Numbered from the stretch's first letter, positions 8,915 through 20,755 are shown. The stretch: DNA of 32,000 nucleotides from Alkalilimnicola ehrlichii MLHE-1 (GCF_000014785.1 NC_008340.1:2220001-2252000), one strand, 5' to 3'. Numbers and translations: made by a program. Notes: a model not told the origin generated them from the sequence alone.

Positions 8915-10882
8915 TCAGAACAACTGGCCCCCGAGGAACCAACCGATGAGCACCAGCAGGCCGATAATCATGATAAATGCGTAGTGGTACAGGTAACCGC
9001 TCTGGAGCAGACGCACCCGGGCGCCCATCCGCCCGATCAACTGCGCCGTCCCGTTGACCAGCGCACCGTCGATGAAGCTGCGGTCACCGACCTGCCAGAG
9101 GGCATTGCCCAGCCCGCGCCCGGCCCCGGCGATGTACTTGATGTACAGATCGTCGAAGCCGTATTTGTTCTCCAGCACCCGGATGGCCGGGGCGAAGGTG
9201 CGGTTGACGCCAGGCAGCAGGTCCGGCCGCTTGATGTAGAAGAACCAGGCGGTCAACACCCCGGCAGCGGCCAGGTACACGGGCGGCGCCGCAAAGCCGT
9301 GCAGCAGCAGTGCCATGGCCGAGCCGTAGCTGGCACCCACCGCGGCCAGGACGTCGTTGCCCTCGGCAACGTGGATCGCCGGACCGAAGAAGTCACCGAA
9401 CAGCATCGGCGTGACCGTATAGAAGCCGATCAGCACCGACGGAATGGCCAGCAACAGCAGCGGCACCGTGACCACCCGCGGACATTCGTGCAGGTGCGAG
9501 CGGGTGTGTTCATCCATCCGCTCCTTACCGTGGAAGACCAGGAAGAAGAGACGGAAGCTGTAGAGCGCGGTGACGAAGACGCCAAGCATCACGCAGAGGT
9601 AGGCGAAGGTGGCGCCGGCGCGCTCCGACTCACCCACCGCTAGGATGATGCCGTCCTTTGAGAAGTAGCCGGAGAAACCGGGGAAACCAATGAGCGCCAG
9701 CGTACCCAGCAACATGGTCCAGTAGGTGATGGGCATGTACTTCTTCAGCCCGCCCATCTGGCGCATGTCCTGCACGTGGTGCATGGCGATGATCACCGAG
9801 CCCGCACCCAGGAAGAGCAGCGCCTTGAAGAAGGCGTGGGTCATCAGGTGGAAGATCCCGGCGGCGTAGGCGGAGACCCCCAAGGCGACGACCATATAGC
9901 CGAGCTGCGAAAGCGTGGAGTAGGCCACCACCCGCTTGATGTCGTTCTGGACCAGGCCGATCAGGCCCATGAACAGGGCGGTCACCGCACCGATGATCAG
10001 AACAAAGGAGAGTGCCACTTCGGACAGCTCGAACAGCGGCGACATGCGGGCCACGAGGAAGATGCCCGCGGTCACCATGGTGGCGGCGTGGATCAGGGCC
10101 GAGATCGGGGTCGGGCCCTCCATGGAGTCCGGCAGCCAGACGTGCAGCGGCACCTGGGCCGATTTGCCCATGGCACCTATGAACAGCAGGATGCAGGCCA
10201 CGGTGAGCACCGACCACTCCGCGGTGCCGAAGATCGACAGGGTCAGTCCGGCGTTCGCCTCGGCGGCGGCGAAGGCCTCCTGATAGTCCAGGGTACCGAA
10301 GTAGAAGACGATCAACGCGATGCCGAGCAGGAAGCCGAAGTCCCCCACCCGGTTGACCAGGAAGGCCTTAAGGTTGGCGAAGATCGCCGTATCACGCTTG
10401 AACCAGAAGCCAATCAGCAGGTACGAGACCAGGCCCACGGCCTCCCAGCCGAAGAACAGCTGCAGGAAGTTGTTCGCCATCACCAGCATGAGCATGGCGA
10501 AGGTGAACAGTGAGATGTAGGCGAAGAAACGCTGGTAGCCGTCGTCATCGTGCATATAACCGATGGTGTAGATGTGCACCATCAACGAGACGAAGGTGAC
10601 CACCGTCATCATCACCGCCGTCAGGCGGTCGATCAGAAAGCCCACCTCCATCTGCAGGCCGCCGACCACGGCCCAGGTGTAGACCGTCTCGTTGTAGACG
10701 GGGGCGCCGGCCCAGACCTGGTCGTAGAGCACCACCGTGGACAGCAGGAAGGAGGCCCCCACGGCCAGGATGGTCACCCAGTGGGCGCCGGCCCGGCCGA
10801 TCTGCTGGCCGAAAAAGCCGGCGACAACGGCCGCCAGCAGCGGGATGAGCGGAATGGCGAGATAGATCGTTTCCATGAACAT
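8915..10882 (-). CDS. nuoL: NADH-quinone oxidoreductase subunit L
   Basis: 655-aa antiporter-like subunit with a long C-terminal extension. Its ATG shares one nucleotide with the nuoK TGA (TGATG). Confidence 0.92.
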   Translation of the reverse strand: MFMETIYLAIPLIPLLAAVVAGFFGQQIGRAGAHWVTILAVGASFLLSTVVLYDQVWAGAPVYNETVYTWAVVGGLQMEVGFLIDRLTAVMMTVVTFVSLMVHIYTIGYMHDDDGYQRFFAYISLFTFAMLMLVMANNFLQLFFGWEAVGLVSYLLIGFWFKRDTAIFANLKAFLVNRVGDFGFLLGIALIVFYFGTLDYQEAFAAAEANAGLTLSIFGTAEWSVLTVACILLFIGAMGKSAQVPLHVWLPDSMEGPTPISALIHAATMVTAGIFLVARMSPLFELSEVALSFVLIIGAVTALFMGLIGLVQNDIKRVVAYSTLSQLGYMVVALGVSAYAAGIFHLMTHAFFKALLFLGAGSVIIAMHHVQDMRQMGGLKKYMPITYWTMLLGTLALIGFPGFSGYFSKDGIILAVGESERAGATFAYLCVMLGVFVTALYSFRLFFLVFHGKERMDEHTRSHLHECPRVVTVPLLLLAIPSVLIGFYTVTPMLFGDFFGPAIHVAEGNDVLAAVGASYGSAMALLLHGFAAPPVYLAAAGVLTAWFFYIKRPDLLPGVNRTFAPAIRVLENKYGFDDLYIKYIAGAGRGLGNALWQVGDRSFIDGALVNGTAQLIGRMGARVRLLQSGYLYHYAFIMIIGLLVLIGWFLGGQLF

Positions 10883-11187
10883 CAGCCCTTCATGCTGTCC
10901 AGATCGCCCACATTGATGGAGCCCCGGTTACGGAACAGCGCCACCACAATGGCCAGGCCAATGGCGGCCTCTGCCGCCGCGACGGTGAGGATGAAGAACA
11001 CAAAGACCTGCCCGGCCAGATCCTGCAGATAGGCCGAGAAGGCGATGAAGTTCATGTTCACCGCAAGCAGGATCAGCTCAATGCACATCAGCAGCACGAG
11101 CAGGTTCTTCCGGTTGATGAAGATCCCGGCCACGCCCAGGGAGAACAGCAGTGCCCCCAATATCAGATAGTCGGCAAGTCCAATCAT
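10882..11187 (-). CDS. nuoK: NADH-quinone oxidoreductase subunit K
   Basis: 101-aa 3-TM protein with the typical NuoK sequence ([13 protein letters not shown]...[11 protein letters not shown]). Confidence 0.92.
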   Translation of the reverse strand: MIGLADYLILGALLFSLGVAGIFINRKNLLVLLMCIELILLAVNMNFIAFSAYLQDLAGQVFVFFILTVAAAEAAIGLAIVVALFRNRGSINVGDLDSMKG

Positions 11188-11230
11188 GGTTGTTCGCTTA
11201 CTCCGACGCGTTGTTTCCCCTTGCGGGGGC

Positions 11231-11827
11231 TTATTCCCGCCCCTCGGACTTCATGCTGACCAGGCGTACCCGGTCCTCGCGGCGCACCCGCACCTGCTTG
11301 GCCACATCCTGGTGCTTGGTGCCCTCCCGGCGGCGGAGGGTGAGCACGATGGCCGCAATGATGGCCACCAACAGGATGGCCCCGGCGATCTCGAACGGGT
11401 AGACATAGGTGGTGTAGAGCAGGCCACCGAGCCCGCGGATGTTGTCGACGTCGGCGGGCACCTCCGGAATCACGCCACCGGCGATGCCGGTGTGGTCCGA
11501 AACCAGGACCAGGCCCAACTGCACCGCCATCAGCACCGCGACCAACGCGCCGGCCGGCAGGTATCGGGTGAAGCCCTCCTGGTGAACGCTCCGCCCGATG
11601 TCGAGCATCATCACCACGAACAGGAACAACACCATGACGGCACCCACGTAGACCACCACCAGGGCGATCCCGAGGAACTCCGCGCCCGCCATCACCCAGA
11701 GAATGGCGCTGTTGAAAAACGCCAACACCAGAAACAGGGCGCAGTGCACCGGGTTACGGGCGGTGATGACCATCGTCGCGGCAAACAGCAGCACCGCGGC
11801 GAACACATAGAAAATGACCTGCTCCAT
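11231..11827 (-). CDS. nuoJ: NADH-quinone oxidoreductase subunit J
   Basis: 198-aa membrane protein in the conserved position between nuoI and nuoK. Confidence 0.9.
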   Translation of the reverse strand: MEQVIFYVFAAVLLFAATMVITARNPVHCALFLVLAFFNSAILWVMAGAEFLGIALVVVYVGAVMVLFLFVVMMLDIGRSVHQEGFTRYLPAGALVAVLMAVQLGLVLVSDHTGIAGGVIPEVPADVDNIRGLGGLLYTTYVYPFEIAGAILLVAIIAAIVLTLRRREGTKHQDVAKQVRVRREDRVRLVSMKSEGRE

Positions 11828-11861
11828 GGGTGAGTCCCCAATGCCTATGCCAGGAAACCGG

Positions 11862-11888
11862 CTGCCGCGCGGAGCGGGCGCGCGACAG
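11862..11888 (-). other. Intercistronic GC-rich hairpin between nuoI and nuoJ
   Basis: On the sense (minus) RNA: CUGUCGCGCG-CCCGCUC-CGCGCGGCAG, 10 bp including one G-U. The same position is a C-A mismatch on the plus strand, so the structure is sense-strand specific. No U-tract follows. Confidence 0.5.
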
Positions 11889-11921
11889 GTCGAATCACAT
11901 TATCGTTGTCGCCGGTGGTGA

Positions 11922-12413
11922 TCACCGGTAGGGCGCATCGGCGGCCCGGTCGGCCGCGATCTGGGCCTCGTACTTATCGCCGTTGGCCAGCAGCCGCGCC
12001 TTGTCGAACACGCGCTCCTCACGGTGCTCCATATGGTATTCGTGCTCCCGGGTCTCGACGATGGAATCCACCGGGCAGGACTCCTCGCAGAACCCACAAT
12101 AGATGCACTTGAACATGTCGATCTCATAGAGCGTGGTACGGCGGGTGCCGTCGTCCTCACGCGGGCCGGCCTCAATGGTGATCGCCAGGGCCGGGCAAAC
12201 CGCCTCACACAGCTTGCAGGCAATGCAACGCTCCTCGCCGTTGGGATAGCGACGCAGCGCGTGCATCCCCCGGAACCGCGGCGACTTTGGCGTCTTCTCC
12301 TCTGGATACTCCAGGGTGACGCTGCGGCTGAGAAAATGCTTCCCGGTCAGCCGAAGCCCTTGGAGCAGCTCGACCAGCAGGAAACTCTTGACGTAATCCC
12401 TGAGGGCAGTCAT
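11922..12413 (-). CDS. nuoI: NADH-quinone oxidoreductase subunit I (2x[4Fe-4S] ferredoxin-type)
   Basis: Two CxxCxxCxxxCP motifs ([24 protein letters not shown]). Start moved to ATG 12413 ([11 protein letters not shown]...), which has SD GAGGAG and lies 11 nt after the nuoH stop. The longer track ORF overlaps nuoH. Confidence 0.92.
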   Translation of the reverse strand: MTALRDYVKSFLLVELLQGLRLTGKHFLSRSVTLEYPEEKTPKSPRFRGMHALRRYPNGEERCIACKLCEAVCPALAITIEAGPREDDGTRRTTLYEIDMFKCIYCGFCEESCPVDSIVETREHEYHMEHREERVFDKARLLANGDKYEAQIAADRAADAPYR

Positions 12414-12424
12414 GGCGTCTCCTC

Positions 12425-13444
12425 TCAGAACCAGGGCCCGAAGCCGGTGACGATGAAGATGGTCAGCACGATGAGCCAGACCACGGTGACCGGGATCAGC
12501 ACCTTCCACCCCAGCCGCATGATCTGGTCATAGCGGTATCGCGGGAAGGTGGCGCGGAACCACAGGTAACAGAACATGAAGAAGGCGGTCTTGAGCATGA
12601 ACCAGACGACACCGGGGACCCAGTCGAGCATCGGGCCCAAAATCGGCCAACCGTGGAAGGGCGAATACCAGCCCCCCAGGAACATCACCGCGGCCACCGC
12701 GGAGATGAGGATCATGTTGGCGTATTCCGCCAGGAAAAAGACCGCGAAGGAGGTCCCCGAGTACTCCACGTGGAAGCCGGCGACGATCTCGGACTCGCCC
12801 TCGGCAACGTCGAAGGGTGCGCGGTTGGTCTCGGCCACACCGGAGATCCAGTAGACCAGGAAGAGCGGCAACAGCGGCAGCCAGAACCAGTGGAAGATAC
12901 CGCCCGCCTGGGCCTGGATGATCTGGCCCAGGTTCATGGAACCGGCCGCCATCAGCACGCCGACCAGGGCGAAGCCCATGGCAATCTCGTAGGAGACGAC
13001 CTGCGCGGACGCCCGCAGGGTCCCCAACAGGGCGTACTTGGAGTTGGAGGCCCAGCCGGCAATGATGATGCCGTAGACCCCCAGGGAGGTCATGGCCAGG
13101 ATATAGAGCAGACCCGCGTTGATATCGGCGATGGCCCAGCCCTCGGCCACCGGAATGACCGCCCAGGCCGCCAGTGCGGGCATGATGGCCAGCAACGGTG
13201 CGATGACGAACAGGACCCGGTTGGCGTTGGACGGGATGCTGATCTCCTTCATGACCAGCTTCAGCGCGTCCGCGATCGGCTGCAACAACCCCTGATAGCC
13301 CACGCGGTTCGGGCCGCGTCGGTCCTGCATCGCCCCGATGACCCTGCGCTCGGCGTAGGTCAGGTAAGCCACTGCAAGCATCAGCGGCACCACCAGCGCC
13401 ATGATCTTGAGCGTTATCCAGAAAAGTTCTGTGAAAACCGCCAT
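12425..13444 (-). CDS. nuoH: NADH-quinone oxidoreductase subunit H
   Basis: 339-aa polytopic protein with typical NuoH/ND1 blocks ([27 protein letters not shown]). Confidence 0.93.
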   Translation of the reverse strand: MAVFTELFWITLKIMALVVPLMLAVAYLTYAERRVIGAMQDRRGPNRVGYQGLLQPIADALKLVMKEISIPSNANRVLFVIAPLLAIMPALAAWAVIPVAEGWAIADINAGLLYILAMTSLGVYGIIIAGWASNSKYALLGTLRASAQVVSYEIAMGFALVGVLMAAGSMNLGQIIQAQAGGIFHWFWLPLLPLFLVYWISGVAETNRAPFDVAEGESEIVAGFHVEYSGTSFAVFFLAEYANMILISAVAAVMFLGGWYSPFHGWPILGPMLDWVPGVVWFMLKTAFFMFCYLWFRATFPRYRYDQIMRLGWKVLIPVTVVWLIVLTIFIVTGFGPWF

Positions 13445-13475
13445 GCGATTACGCTTCCCGTAGCCCCTGGCCGGC

Positions 13476-15869
13476 TCAGTGGCCAGCCACGTCCAGTTCG
13501 CCGTTCATCGGCCCCAATGCGGCGCTGTCCCGCAGCGCGGCCGGCACCCAAACGGTCCCCTCCGCAATCTCGTCGGACACCCGTACCGGCAGTTCCACCG
13601 AGTCCTCACCGAGACGGATACGCCCCCCCTCCTCGACGCCGAGCCGGGAGGCGGTCGCCGGCGCCAGCCACGCCTCGGCCGCCACCGCGTGCCGGGTCTG
13701 CTGCAGCGGCGCGGACCGCCGTACCAGCGGATCCACCGCGTAGATCGGCGTCGCCGACGCCCGCTCCAGGCCCTCGCTCCGGGGGGAGACCGGTTCCGGC
13801 GCCACCCAGGGGTACGCGGCCGAGGGCGTCACCTCGCCCACCCGGGCCTGCAGCTCCCGCAGGATCTCCTCGGAGGACTCGTACTCGAACCCATCCAGCT
13901 CAAGCAGGTTGCCCAACACCCGCAGCACCCGCCAGCCGGGCCGGGCCTCGCCCACCGGTCGGCCGATACCCGGGAAGCTCTGCCAGCGCCCTTCCAGATT
14001 GACGAAGGTGCCGGAGGTTTCCCCGAACGCGGCGATGGGCAGCACCACATCCGCCTCGCGGGCCAGTTCCGGGGTCAACCAGCTGCTGAACGCCACCACG
14101 GCCTGCGCGGCCGTCAGCGCCGCCGCAGCCTGCCGGCCGTCCCAGCAGTCGAGCTCCGGCTCCACGTTGTAGAGCAAGTAGCCCTGGCGTGGCTGCGCCA
14201 GCATCTCGCGGGCATGGAGGCCGACATTGTCGGCCGCGTCACCGCCCGCCTCGCGGTGCGGGACCGCGCCGGCCAGCCAACCGCCGACACTGTTGGCAGC
14301 CTCCGGCAGGACACCCAGCACCGCGCCGGTCTGCTCGGCCAGCGCACTGGCCAGCGCCCGCAGCAGGGCGGCCCGCGGGTTTGCCGCCGCCTGATTCCCT
14401 AGCAGGATAGTCGCCCGTTCCGCCTCGACCAGCTGCTGGGCAATCGCCTGGTGGTGGGCTTGCGGCTTCTCCCGATAGAGGGCATCGACGCCTTCCGGCA
14501 GTTTGCCCCCCTTTTCCGTGACCACCGCCTGCAATACCGCGGCCAGTTCGGCAATCTGTGCCGAAGGACCGGCCAGGATCTCCTCGACCAGATCGTAGTT
14601 GAAGTCGTAACGGCGGTTGTTGATCACCGAGACCCGGGCCCCGGCCTTGGTGGCCTTACGCAACCGGTGATTCAGGATCGGCTGCTCGTGGCGCAGGTAG
14701 CTGCCCACCAGCAGCGCCGCCTGGACATCCTCCAGGGCGCTGATCGGCTGGCCGAGCCAGGGGAAGGCGGGGGCCTCCGCCTGGTCACTGCAATCGCCGT
14801 CGCGTAGCCGGTGATCGATATTCGGGCTGCCCAGACCGCGGGTCAGCCGATTCAGCAGGTACATCTCCTCGGCGGTACTGGTCGGCCCCACCAGGGTGCC
14901 CAGCTGGTCGGCACCGTGCTTTGCCGCCACATCCCGCAGCAGCGTTACGGCGCGGTCGAGCGCCTCCTCCCACTCGCACGGGCGCAGCTCACCGTCCACC
15001 CGGACCATCGGCCGGTCCAGGCGGTCCTCGCTGTACACACCCTGGTGGCTGAAGCGGTCGCGGTCGGCGATCCAGGTCTCGTTGACCAGTTCGTTTTCGC
15101 GCGGCACCACCCGCATGATCTCGCCGCGGCGGTGGTGCAGGTGGACGTTGGAGCCCACCGCATCGTGCGGTGCGACCGAGGGGTGAGCCAGCAGCTCCCA
15201 GGCCCGGGCCTTGAAGCGGAAGGGCTTGTTGGTCAGGGCCCCCACCGGGCAAAGATCGATGATGTTGCCGGAGAGCTCCGAGTGGACCCCGCCCTCGACG
15301 AAGGTGGAGATCTCGGTGTACTCGCCACGGTTCATACCCCCGAGCTCACGCTTGCCGGCGATATGGTCGAGGAAGCGCACACACCGGGTGCAGTGGATGC
15401 AGCGGGTCATTTCGGTGGCGATCAGCGGCCCGAGGTTCTCATCGTCCACCACGCGCTTGCGCTCACTGAAACGGGAAACCCCGCGACCGTAGCCCATGGA
15501 GACGTCCTGCAGCTCGCACTCACCACCCTGATCGCAAATGGGGCAGTCGAGCGGATGGTTGATCAGCAGGAACTCCATGACCCCGCGCTGGGCGGCCACC
15601 GCCCGCGGCGAGTCGGTGTAGATCTTCATGCCCTCGGCCACCGGCGTGGCGCAGGCCGGCAGGGGCTTGGGCGCCTTCTCCACCTCCACCAGACACATCC
15701 GGCAGTTGGCCGCAATGGGCAGCTTCTTGTGGTAGCAGAAGCGGGGCACGTCCACCCCGTGGGCGTCGGTGGCCTCAATGATCATCGAGCCCTTGGGGGC
15801 CTGGATCTCCTGGCCGTTGACCTCGATGGTCACCATGTCCTGCGGCTTGTCTTCGACCTTGGCACTCAT
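13476..15869 (-). CDS. nuoG: NADH-quinone oxidoreductase subunit G
   Basis: 797 aa. N-terminal 2Fe-2S ([19 protein letters not shown]) and 4Fe-4S ([14 protein letters not shown]; [10 protein letters not shown]) motifs, then a molybdopterin-like domain. Confidence 0.93.
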   Translation of the reverse strand: MSAKVEDKPQDMVTIEVNGQEIQAPKGSMIIEATDAHGVDVPRFCYHKKLPIAANCRMCLVEVEKAPKPLPACATPVAEGMKIYTDSPRAVAAQRGVMEFLLINHPLDCPICDQGGECELQDVSMGYGRGVSRFSERKRVVDDENLGPLIATEMTRCIHCTRCVRFLDHIAGKRELGGMNRGEYTEISTFVEGGVHSELSGNIIDLCPVGALTNKPFRFKARAWELLAHPSVAPHDAVGSNVHLHHRRGEIMRVVPRENELVNETWIADRDRFSHQGVYSEDRLDRPMVRVDGELRPCEWEEALDRAVTLLRDVAAKHGADQLGTLVGPTSTAEEMYLLNRLTRGLGSPNIDHRLRDGDCSDQAEAPAFPWLGQPISALEDVQAALLVGSYLRHEQPILNHRLRKATKAGARVSVINNRRYDFNYDLVEEILAGPSAQIAELAAVLQAVVTEKGGKLPEGVDALYREKPQAHHQAIAQQLVEAERATILLGNQAAANPRAALLRALASALAEQTGAVLGVLPEAANSVGGWLAGAVPHREAGGDAADNVGLHAREMLAQPRQGYLLYNVEPELDCWDGRQAAAALTAAQAVVAFSSWLTPELAREADVVLPIAAFGETSGTFVNLEGRWQSFPGIGRPVGEARPGWRVLRVLGNLLELDGFEYESSEEILRELQARVGEVTPSAAYPWVAPEPVSPRSEGLERASATPIYAVDPLVRRSAPLQQTRHAVAAEAWLAPATASRLGVEEGGRIRLGEDSVELPVRVSDEIAEGTVWVPAALRDSAALGPMNGELDVAGH

Positions 15870-15871
15870 GC

Positions 15872-17149
15872 TCAGGCGGCCTCCACCATGGAACGCTTAT
15901 GCTCCACGTAGTATTCAAACTCGTGACGGAAGTGCTTGAGGAAGCTCTGCACCGGCCAGGCCGCGGCCTCGCCGAAGGCGCAGATCGTGTGGCCGGCGAT
16001 CTGCCCCGCCGCCGCCTCCAGCAGTTCGATGTCCTCGTGCCGGCCTTTGCCTTCGACGATGCGCCGGAGCACCCGTTGCATCCAGCCAGTGCCCTCCCGG
16101 CAGGGGGTGCACTGACCGCAGGACTCGGCGAAGTAGAACCGCGAGATGCGCAGGATCGCCTTGACCATGTCGGTGGTCTCGTCCATCACGATGACCCCGC
16201 CGGAACCGAGGGCCGAGCCGATCTCCGCCAGGCCGTCGTAGTCCATGGTGGCCTGCAGCATGGTCTCGCCGGGGACCACGGGCATGGAGGAACCGCCCGG
16301 GATCACGGCCTTGAGCTTACGCCCGCCGCGCACGCCCCCGGCCATCTCCAAAAGGTCCTTGAACGGCGTCCCCAGCGGGACCTCAAAGTTACCCGGCCTT
16401 TCCACGTGCCCGGAGACACAGAAGATCTTCTCACCGCCGTTATTGGGCTTGCCCAGCTCGAGGAACCACTCGCTGCCCTTGCGCATAATCGAGGGCACGG
16501 AGGCGAGGGTCTCGGTGTTGTTGATGGTGGTGGGGCGCCCGTATACGCCGACCTGGGCCGGGAAAGGCGGCTTGTAGCGGGGCTGGCCCTTTTTGCCCTC
16601 CAGCGACTCCATCAGCGCCGATTCCTCGCCACAGATATAGGCGCCCGCCCCGATATGATTGTGGAGCTCGAAATCGATGCCACTGCCTTGGATGTTGCGC
16701 CCCAGCAGGCCGGCCTCGCGGGCTTCGCGCACCGCCTGCTCGATCCGCTCGAAGGGCTCGTGGTGAAACTCACCGCGCAGGTAGTTGTAGCCCACGGTGG
16801 CACCCATGGCATAGCCGGCAATCGCCATGCCCTCCACCAGGGCGTGGGGATTGAAGCGCAGGATGTCGCGATCCTTACAGGTGCCGGGCTCCGATTCGTC
16901 AGAGTTACAGACAATGTACTTCTGGCCCGGCGCATTTCGGGGCATGAAGCCCCACTTAACCCCGGCGGGGAAGCCGGCGCCACCGCGGCCGCGCAGGTTG
17001 GCCTTTTTGACCGTCTCGATAATCTCTTCCTGGGGCGTCTTCTCCTTGAGAATCTTCTCCCAGGCCTGGTAGCCGCCCATCGCCCGGTAGGTCTCCAGGC
17101 TCCAGGGGGTTTCCTTGTCCAGCGTGGTCAGACACACCTGATTGGCCAT
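15872..17149 (-). CDS. nuoF: NADH-quinone oxidoreductase subunit F
   Basis: 425 aa. NADH/FMN site ([21 protein letters not shown]) and N3 cluster cysteines ([12 protein letters not shown]). Confidence 0.94.
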   Translation of the reverse strand: MANQVCLTTLDKETPWSLETYRAMGGYQAWEKILKEKTPQEEIIETVKKANLRGRGGAGFPAGVKWGFMPRNAPGQKYIVCNSDESEPGTCKDRDILRFNPHALVEGMAIAGYAMGATVGYNYLRGEFHHEPFERIEQAVREAREAGLLGRNIQGSGIDFELHNHIGAGAYICGEESALMESLEGKKGQPRYKPPFPAQVGVYGRPTTINNTETLASVPSIMRKGSEWFLELGKPNNGGEKIFCVSGHVERPGNFEVPLGTPFKDLLEMAGGVRGGRKLKAVIPGGSSMPVVPGETMLQATMDYDGLAEIGSALGSGGVIVMDETTDMVKAILRISRFYFAESCGQCTPCREGTGWMQRVLRRIVEGKGRHEDIELLEAAAGQIAGHTICAFGEAAAWPVQSFLKHFRHEFEYYVEHKRSMVEAA

Positions 17150-17152
17150 GGT

Positions 17153-17653
17153 TTACTCCAGCGCGTCGAGAATCTGATCGATCTTCTCGGGGGTCAGATC
17201 GGTGTAATAGTGGCCGTCCACCACCATCATCGGCGCCCCCGTACAGGCCGCCAGGCACTCCTCTTCGATCTTGAGGGTGATCCGCTGGTCGGGCGTGGTC
17301 TCGCCGAGCTTGATACCCAGTTTCTTCTCGGTGTAGGCGACGATGTCCTCGGCGCCCTTCAACCAGCAGCAGATATTGGTGCAGATGTTGACCTTATGCC
17401 GGCCCACCGGCTCCAGGTCGAACATGGAATAGAAGGTGGCCACCTCGTAAACGGCCACCGGGTCCATGCCCAGGTATTCCGCCACCGCGTCCATCTGCTC
17501 GCGCCGCAACCAGCCACCGCTGTTGTCCTGCACCACATGCAGCGCCGGGATCACCGCCGATTGCTTCTGATCCTCGGGATACTTGGTCAGCCAGTGGTCG
17601 ATCTCCGCCCGCATCTCGGGCGTCAGCACCTTTTCTGCAAGCCCGCTGCTCAA
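17153..17653 (-). CDS. nuoE: NADH-quinone oxidoreductase subunit E
   Basis: 166 aa with 2Fe-2S cysteines (ICTNICC ... CLAACTGAP). The apparent TTG start overlaps the nuoD TGA (cgTTGAgc). ATG 17614 is a possible but shorter alternative. Confidence 0.88.
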   Translation of the reverse strand: MSSGLAEKVLTPEMRAEIDHWLTKYPEDQKQSAVIPALHVVQDNSGGWLRREQMDAVAEYLGMDPVAVYEVATFYSMFDLEPVGRHKVNICTNICCWLKGAEDIVAYTEKKLGIKLGETTPDQRITLKIEEECLAACTGAPMMVVDGHYYTDLTPEKIDQILDALE

Positions 17654-18903
17654 CGGTCAATCTCCCCGAAAACAATGTCCTGTGTACCGATAATGGCCAC
17701 CACGTCAGCCAGCATGTGGCCGCGCGCCATCTCATCCATGGCGGACAGATGGGCGAAGCCCGGTGCCCGCAGCTTGACGCGATAGGGCTTGTTGGCGCCA
17801 TCGGAAATCATGTAGCAGCCGAACTCACCCTTGGGGGCCTCCACCGCGGCGTAGACCTCGCCCGGGGGCGTGGTGTAACCCTCGGTGAACAGCTTGAAAT
17901 GGTGGATGAGGGACTCCATGTCGTCCTTCATCTCCTCCCGACTGGGTGGCGCGACCTTGTGGTCCTCGAGCATCACCGGGCCGGGGTTGTGACGCAGCCA
18001 GTCCACGCACTGCTTGATGATGCGATTGGACTGGCGCATCTCCTCGATACGCACCAGATAGCGGTCGTAGCAGTCCCCATTGGTGCCCACCGGGATGTCG
18101 AACTCGACCCGGTCGTAGACGTCGTAAGGCTGCTTCTTGCGCAGATCCCACTCGATCCCGGAGCCCCGCAGCATCGGGCCACTGAAGCCCAGTTGCAGCG
18201 CGCGCTCCGGCGAGACCACGCCGACGTCCACCAGGCGCTGGCGCCAGATCCGGTTCTCGGTGAGCAGGGTCTCGTACTCGTCCACGCAGCCGGGGAAGCG
18301 CTCGGTGAAGTCCTCGATGAAGTCGAGCATCGTCCCCTGCCGGGCCGCGTTCATGAGCTCCAGCTCCTTCTTGCTCCGGAACTTGCTGGGCTCATACTTG
18401 GGCATGCTCTCAGGCAGGTCGCGGTAGACACCGCCCGGCCGGTAATAGGCCGCGTGCATACGCGCGCCGCTGACCGCCTCGTAGCAGTCCATCAGGTCCT
18501 CACGCTCGCGGAAGCAGTAGAGGAAGGCGGTCATTGCGCCCACGTCCAGGCCGTGTGCCCCCAGCCACATCAGGTGGTTGAGGATGCGGGTGATCTCGTC
18601 GAACATCACCCGGATGTACTGGGCCCGGATCGGCGCCTCGATGCCGAGCAGCTTCTCGATCGCCATCACATAGGCGTGCTCGTTGCAGAGCATGGAGACG
18701 TAGTCCAACCGGTCCATGTAGCCGATGGACTGGTTATAGGGCTTGGACTCGGCCAGCTTCTCGGTCGCCCGGTGCAGCAGCCCGATATGCGGGTCCGCAC
18801 GCCGGACCGTCTCGCCCTCCATCTCCAGCACCATCCGCAGCACCCCGTGGGCGGCCGGGTGCTGGGGGCCAAAGTTGACGGTATAGCTCTTGAACTCACG
18901 CAT
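17650..18903 (-). CDS. nuoD: NADH-quinone oxidoreductase subunit D
   Basis: Start set to ATG 18903 ([23 protein letters not shown]...), which overlaps the nuoC stop by 8 nt. The 28-aa track extension lies inside nuoC. Confidence 0.93.
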
Positions 18904-19639
18904 CGCTGGCACCCTCCTCCCGGCGCTTGCGATCGGCATAGCGGTTGTCCTCGCGAACCACTCGCGGCACCAGCACGCGCGGTTCAATTGAGACCGGCTG
19001 ATAGATCACCCGGCGCTTTTGTTCGTCGTAGCGCACTTCGACGTTGCCGATCAGGGGGAAGTCCTTGCGGAACGGATGGCCGACGAAGCCATAGTCGGTG
19101 AGGATACGGCGCAGATCCGGGTGGCCGTCAAAAATGATGCCGTAGAGATCGAAGGCCTCGCGCTCGAACCAGTTGGCGCCGCTCCAGACATCGACCACCG
19201 AGTCGAGCACCGGGAAGCGGTCGTCTTCACAGAAGCACCGCACCCGCAGGCGCTGGTTAAGCTCCACCGAGAGCAGCTGATAGACGGCGGCAAAACGCCG
19301 GCCGGTGTTTTCGGTGATCTCCTGGACGCCGTAGATCCCGGTGATTCCGAGGCGGGCAAAGTTGTTGCCCTGGACGCCGCGGCTGAACCCCGTCCCTTCG
19401 GCGGTGTCCGTGAACCACTCGTCCTCGCCCCAGGCAGCGTAGTCGACACCGGCGAGGTCCATCAGCATATCGAAGCGCAAGCCCTCGGCGTCGCGCAGCG
19501 TGGTCATTGCCTGGTGCAGATCGGCCGGGGCCACCTCGATGGCGAGTTCACCCCGGTCGGCATCCAGAACGCAATCGCGCAGTCTTTCTCCCAGCCGTTC
19601 CTGAACGGCTGTTTGGAGCTGTTCCAGCTTCTTGGCCAT
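18896..19639 (-). CDS. nuoC: NADH-quinone oxidoreductase subunit C (not fused to NuoD)
   Basis: 247-aa ORF in conserved position with a typical NuoC/30-kDa core ([25 protein letters not shown]). Confidence 0.92.
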
Positions 19640-19649
19640 CCGACTCCCC

Positions 19650-20126
19650 TTAGCGGGCGATGGTATTGGTGGTGCGAATCTTCTTCTGCAGCTGCATGAT
19701 GCCCCAGATCAGGGCCTCGGCCGTGGGTGGGCAGCCGGGGACGTAGACATCCACCGGCACCACCCGGTCGCAGCCGCGCACAACGGAGTAGGAGTAATGG
19801 TAGTAGCCGCCGCCGTTGGCACAGGAACCCATGGAGATCACCCAACGGGGCTCGGGCATCTGGTCGTAAACCTTGCGCAGCGCCGGGGCCATCTTGTTGC
19901 AGAGGGTGCCGGCGACGATCATGACATCGGATTGGCGGGGGCTGGGCCGGAAGATGATCCCGAACCGGTCCAGGTCGTAACGGGCGGCACCGGCCTGCAT
20001 CATCTCCACCGCGCAGCAGGCAAGACCAAAGGTCATCGGCCACATGGAGCCGGTGCGGGCCCAGTTGATGACTTTGTCCGCCGAGGTGGTGACAAAGCCC
20101 TTCTCGAGCAGGCCTTCTACTCCCAT
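19650..20126 (-). CDS. nuoB: NADH-quinone oxidoreductase subunit B
   Basis: N2-cluster motifs ([26 protein letters not shown]). ATG 20126 is preferred because a G-rich SD lies about 7 nt upstream. The track start GTG 20147 has no SD. Confidence 0.9.
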
Positions 20127-20473
20127 TCCAGCGCCCCCTTCTTCCACTCGTAGAGGAAGCCGATCAGCAGCAGGCCGATGAACAGCGCCATGGCCAGGAT
20201 GCCGAACATGCCGATGTCGTCCAGTACGATCGCCCAGGGAAAGAGAAAGGCGATCTCCAGATCAAAAATAATGAACAGGATGGCGACGAGATAGTAGCGC
20301 ACGTCGAACTTCATGCGGGAGTCTTCGAATGCCTCAAAACCGCATTCGTACGGCGAAAGCTTCTCCGCATCCGGCTTGGAGGGCGCCAACAGGAACCCCA
20401 CCGCCAGAAAGACCATCCCGAATAAAAGCCCAAAGATGATGAAGACCAGAATGGGCAGATAGTTTTCCAGCAT
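20117..20473 (-). CDS. nuoA: NADH-quinone oxidoreductase subunit A
   Basis: 118-aa 3-TM protein (PYECGFEAF motif) and the first gene of the operon. Confidence 0.92.
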   Translation of the reverse strand: MLENYLPILVFIIFGLLFGMVFLAVGFLLAPSKPDAEKLSPYECGFEAFEDSRMKFDVRYYLVAILFIIFDLEIAFLFPWAIVLDDIGMFGILAMALFIGLLLIGFLYEWKKGALEWE

Positions 20474-20501
20474 CTAGACTCGCCTCTCTGCTGGGCGCCC
20501 C

Positions 20502-20527
20502 GCGCCGGCCCGGCCAAGGGCCGGCGC
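20502..20527 (-). other. Very stable GC hairpin in the nuoA 5' leader
   Basis: 10-bp all-G/C stem gcgccggccc / gggccggcgc with a 6-nt loop. It lies about 28 nt upstream of the nuoA ATG. No U-tract follows on the sense strand. Confidence 0.5.
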
Positions 20528-20608
20528 TGTGGGGCTGCTCCCCGACGTTAGGTTTAGATCGCCCCCATGGACGTCAGGTCGGGACTCTTTTCTTTTTATG
20601 CATTTATA

Positions 20609-20693
20609 TGGTGCCGATGGCCGGACTCGAACCGGCACGGCTTTCGCCACTGCCCCCTCAAGACAGCGTGTCTACCAGTTCCACCACATCGGC
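20609..20693 (-). tRNA. leuU: tRNA-Leu, anticodon GAG, CCA encoded
   Basis: Hand fold of GCCGATG-TG-GTGGAACTGGTAGACAC-G-CTGTC-TTGAGGG-GGCAG-(long variable arm TGGCGAAAGCCGT)-GCCGG-TTCGAGT-CCGGC-CATCGGC-A-CCA. It is nearly colinear with E. coli leuU as I remember it, and has the same position downstream of secG. Confidence 0.93.
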
Positions 20694-20755
20694 ATTTATT
20701 CGGTGGTAACTCGCCCCTTTTTGAGGGCAAGTGGTACTCGTTGAAAGCGGGGGTA

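Noticed and set aside
7044-8984. Very long + strand ORFs opposite the minus-strand genes. This one is 646 aa; others are 28487..31774 (1095 aa), 15899..17785, 17716..19101, 12653..14002, 24893..26263, 807..2009, 14811..15911 and 23232..24428.
   Set aside because: Each mirrors a gene with unmistakable family motifs on the other strand. The translations are low-complexity and rich in His/Gln/Arg/Gly/Pro/Asp. Stop-codon depletion in antisense frames is expected at this G+C content, and I saw no SD or recognisable domain.
11922-12509. Longer track versions of nuoI (12509), nuoD (18987), nuoB (20147), rlmE (26988), yhbY (27142), greA (28580) and carB (31705)
   Set aside because: The extensions overlap the upstream gene or lack an SD. 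The internal start gives a protein colinear with well-known homologues and usually sits in an ATGA/TGATG-type coupling junction.
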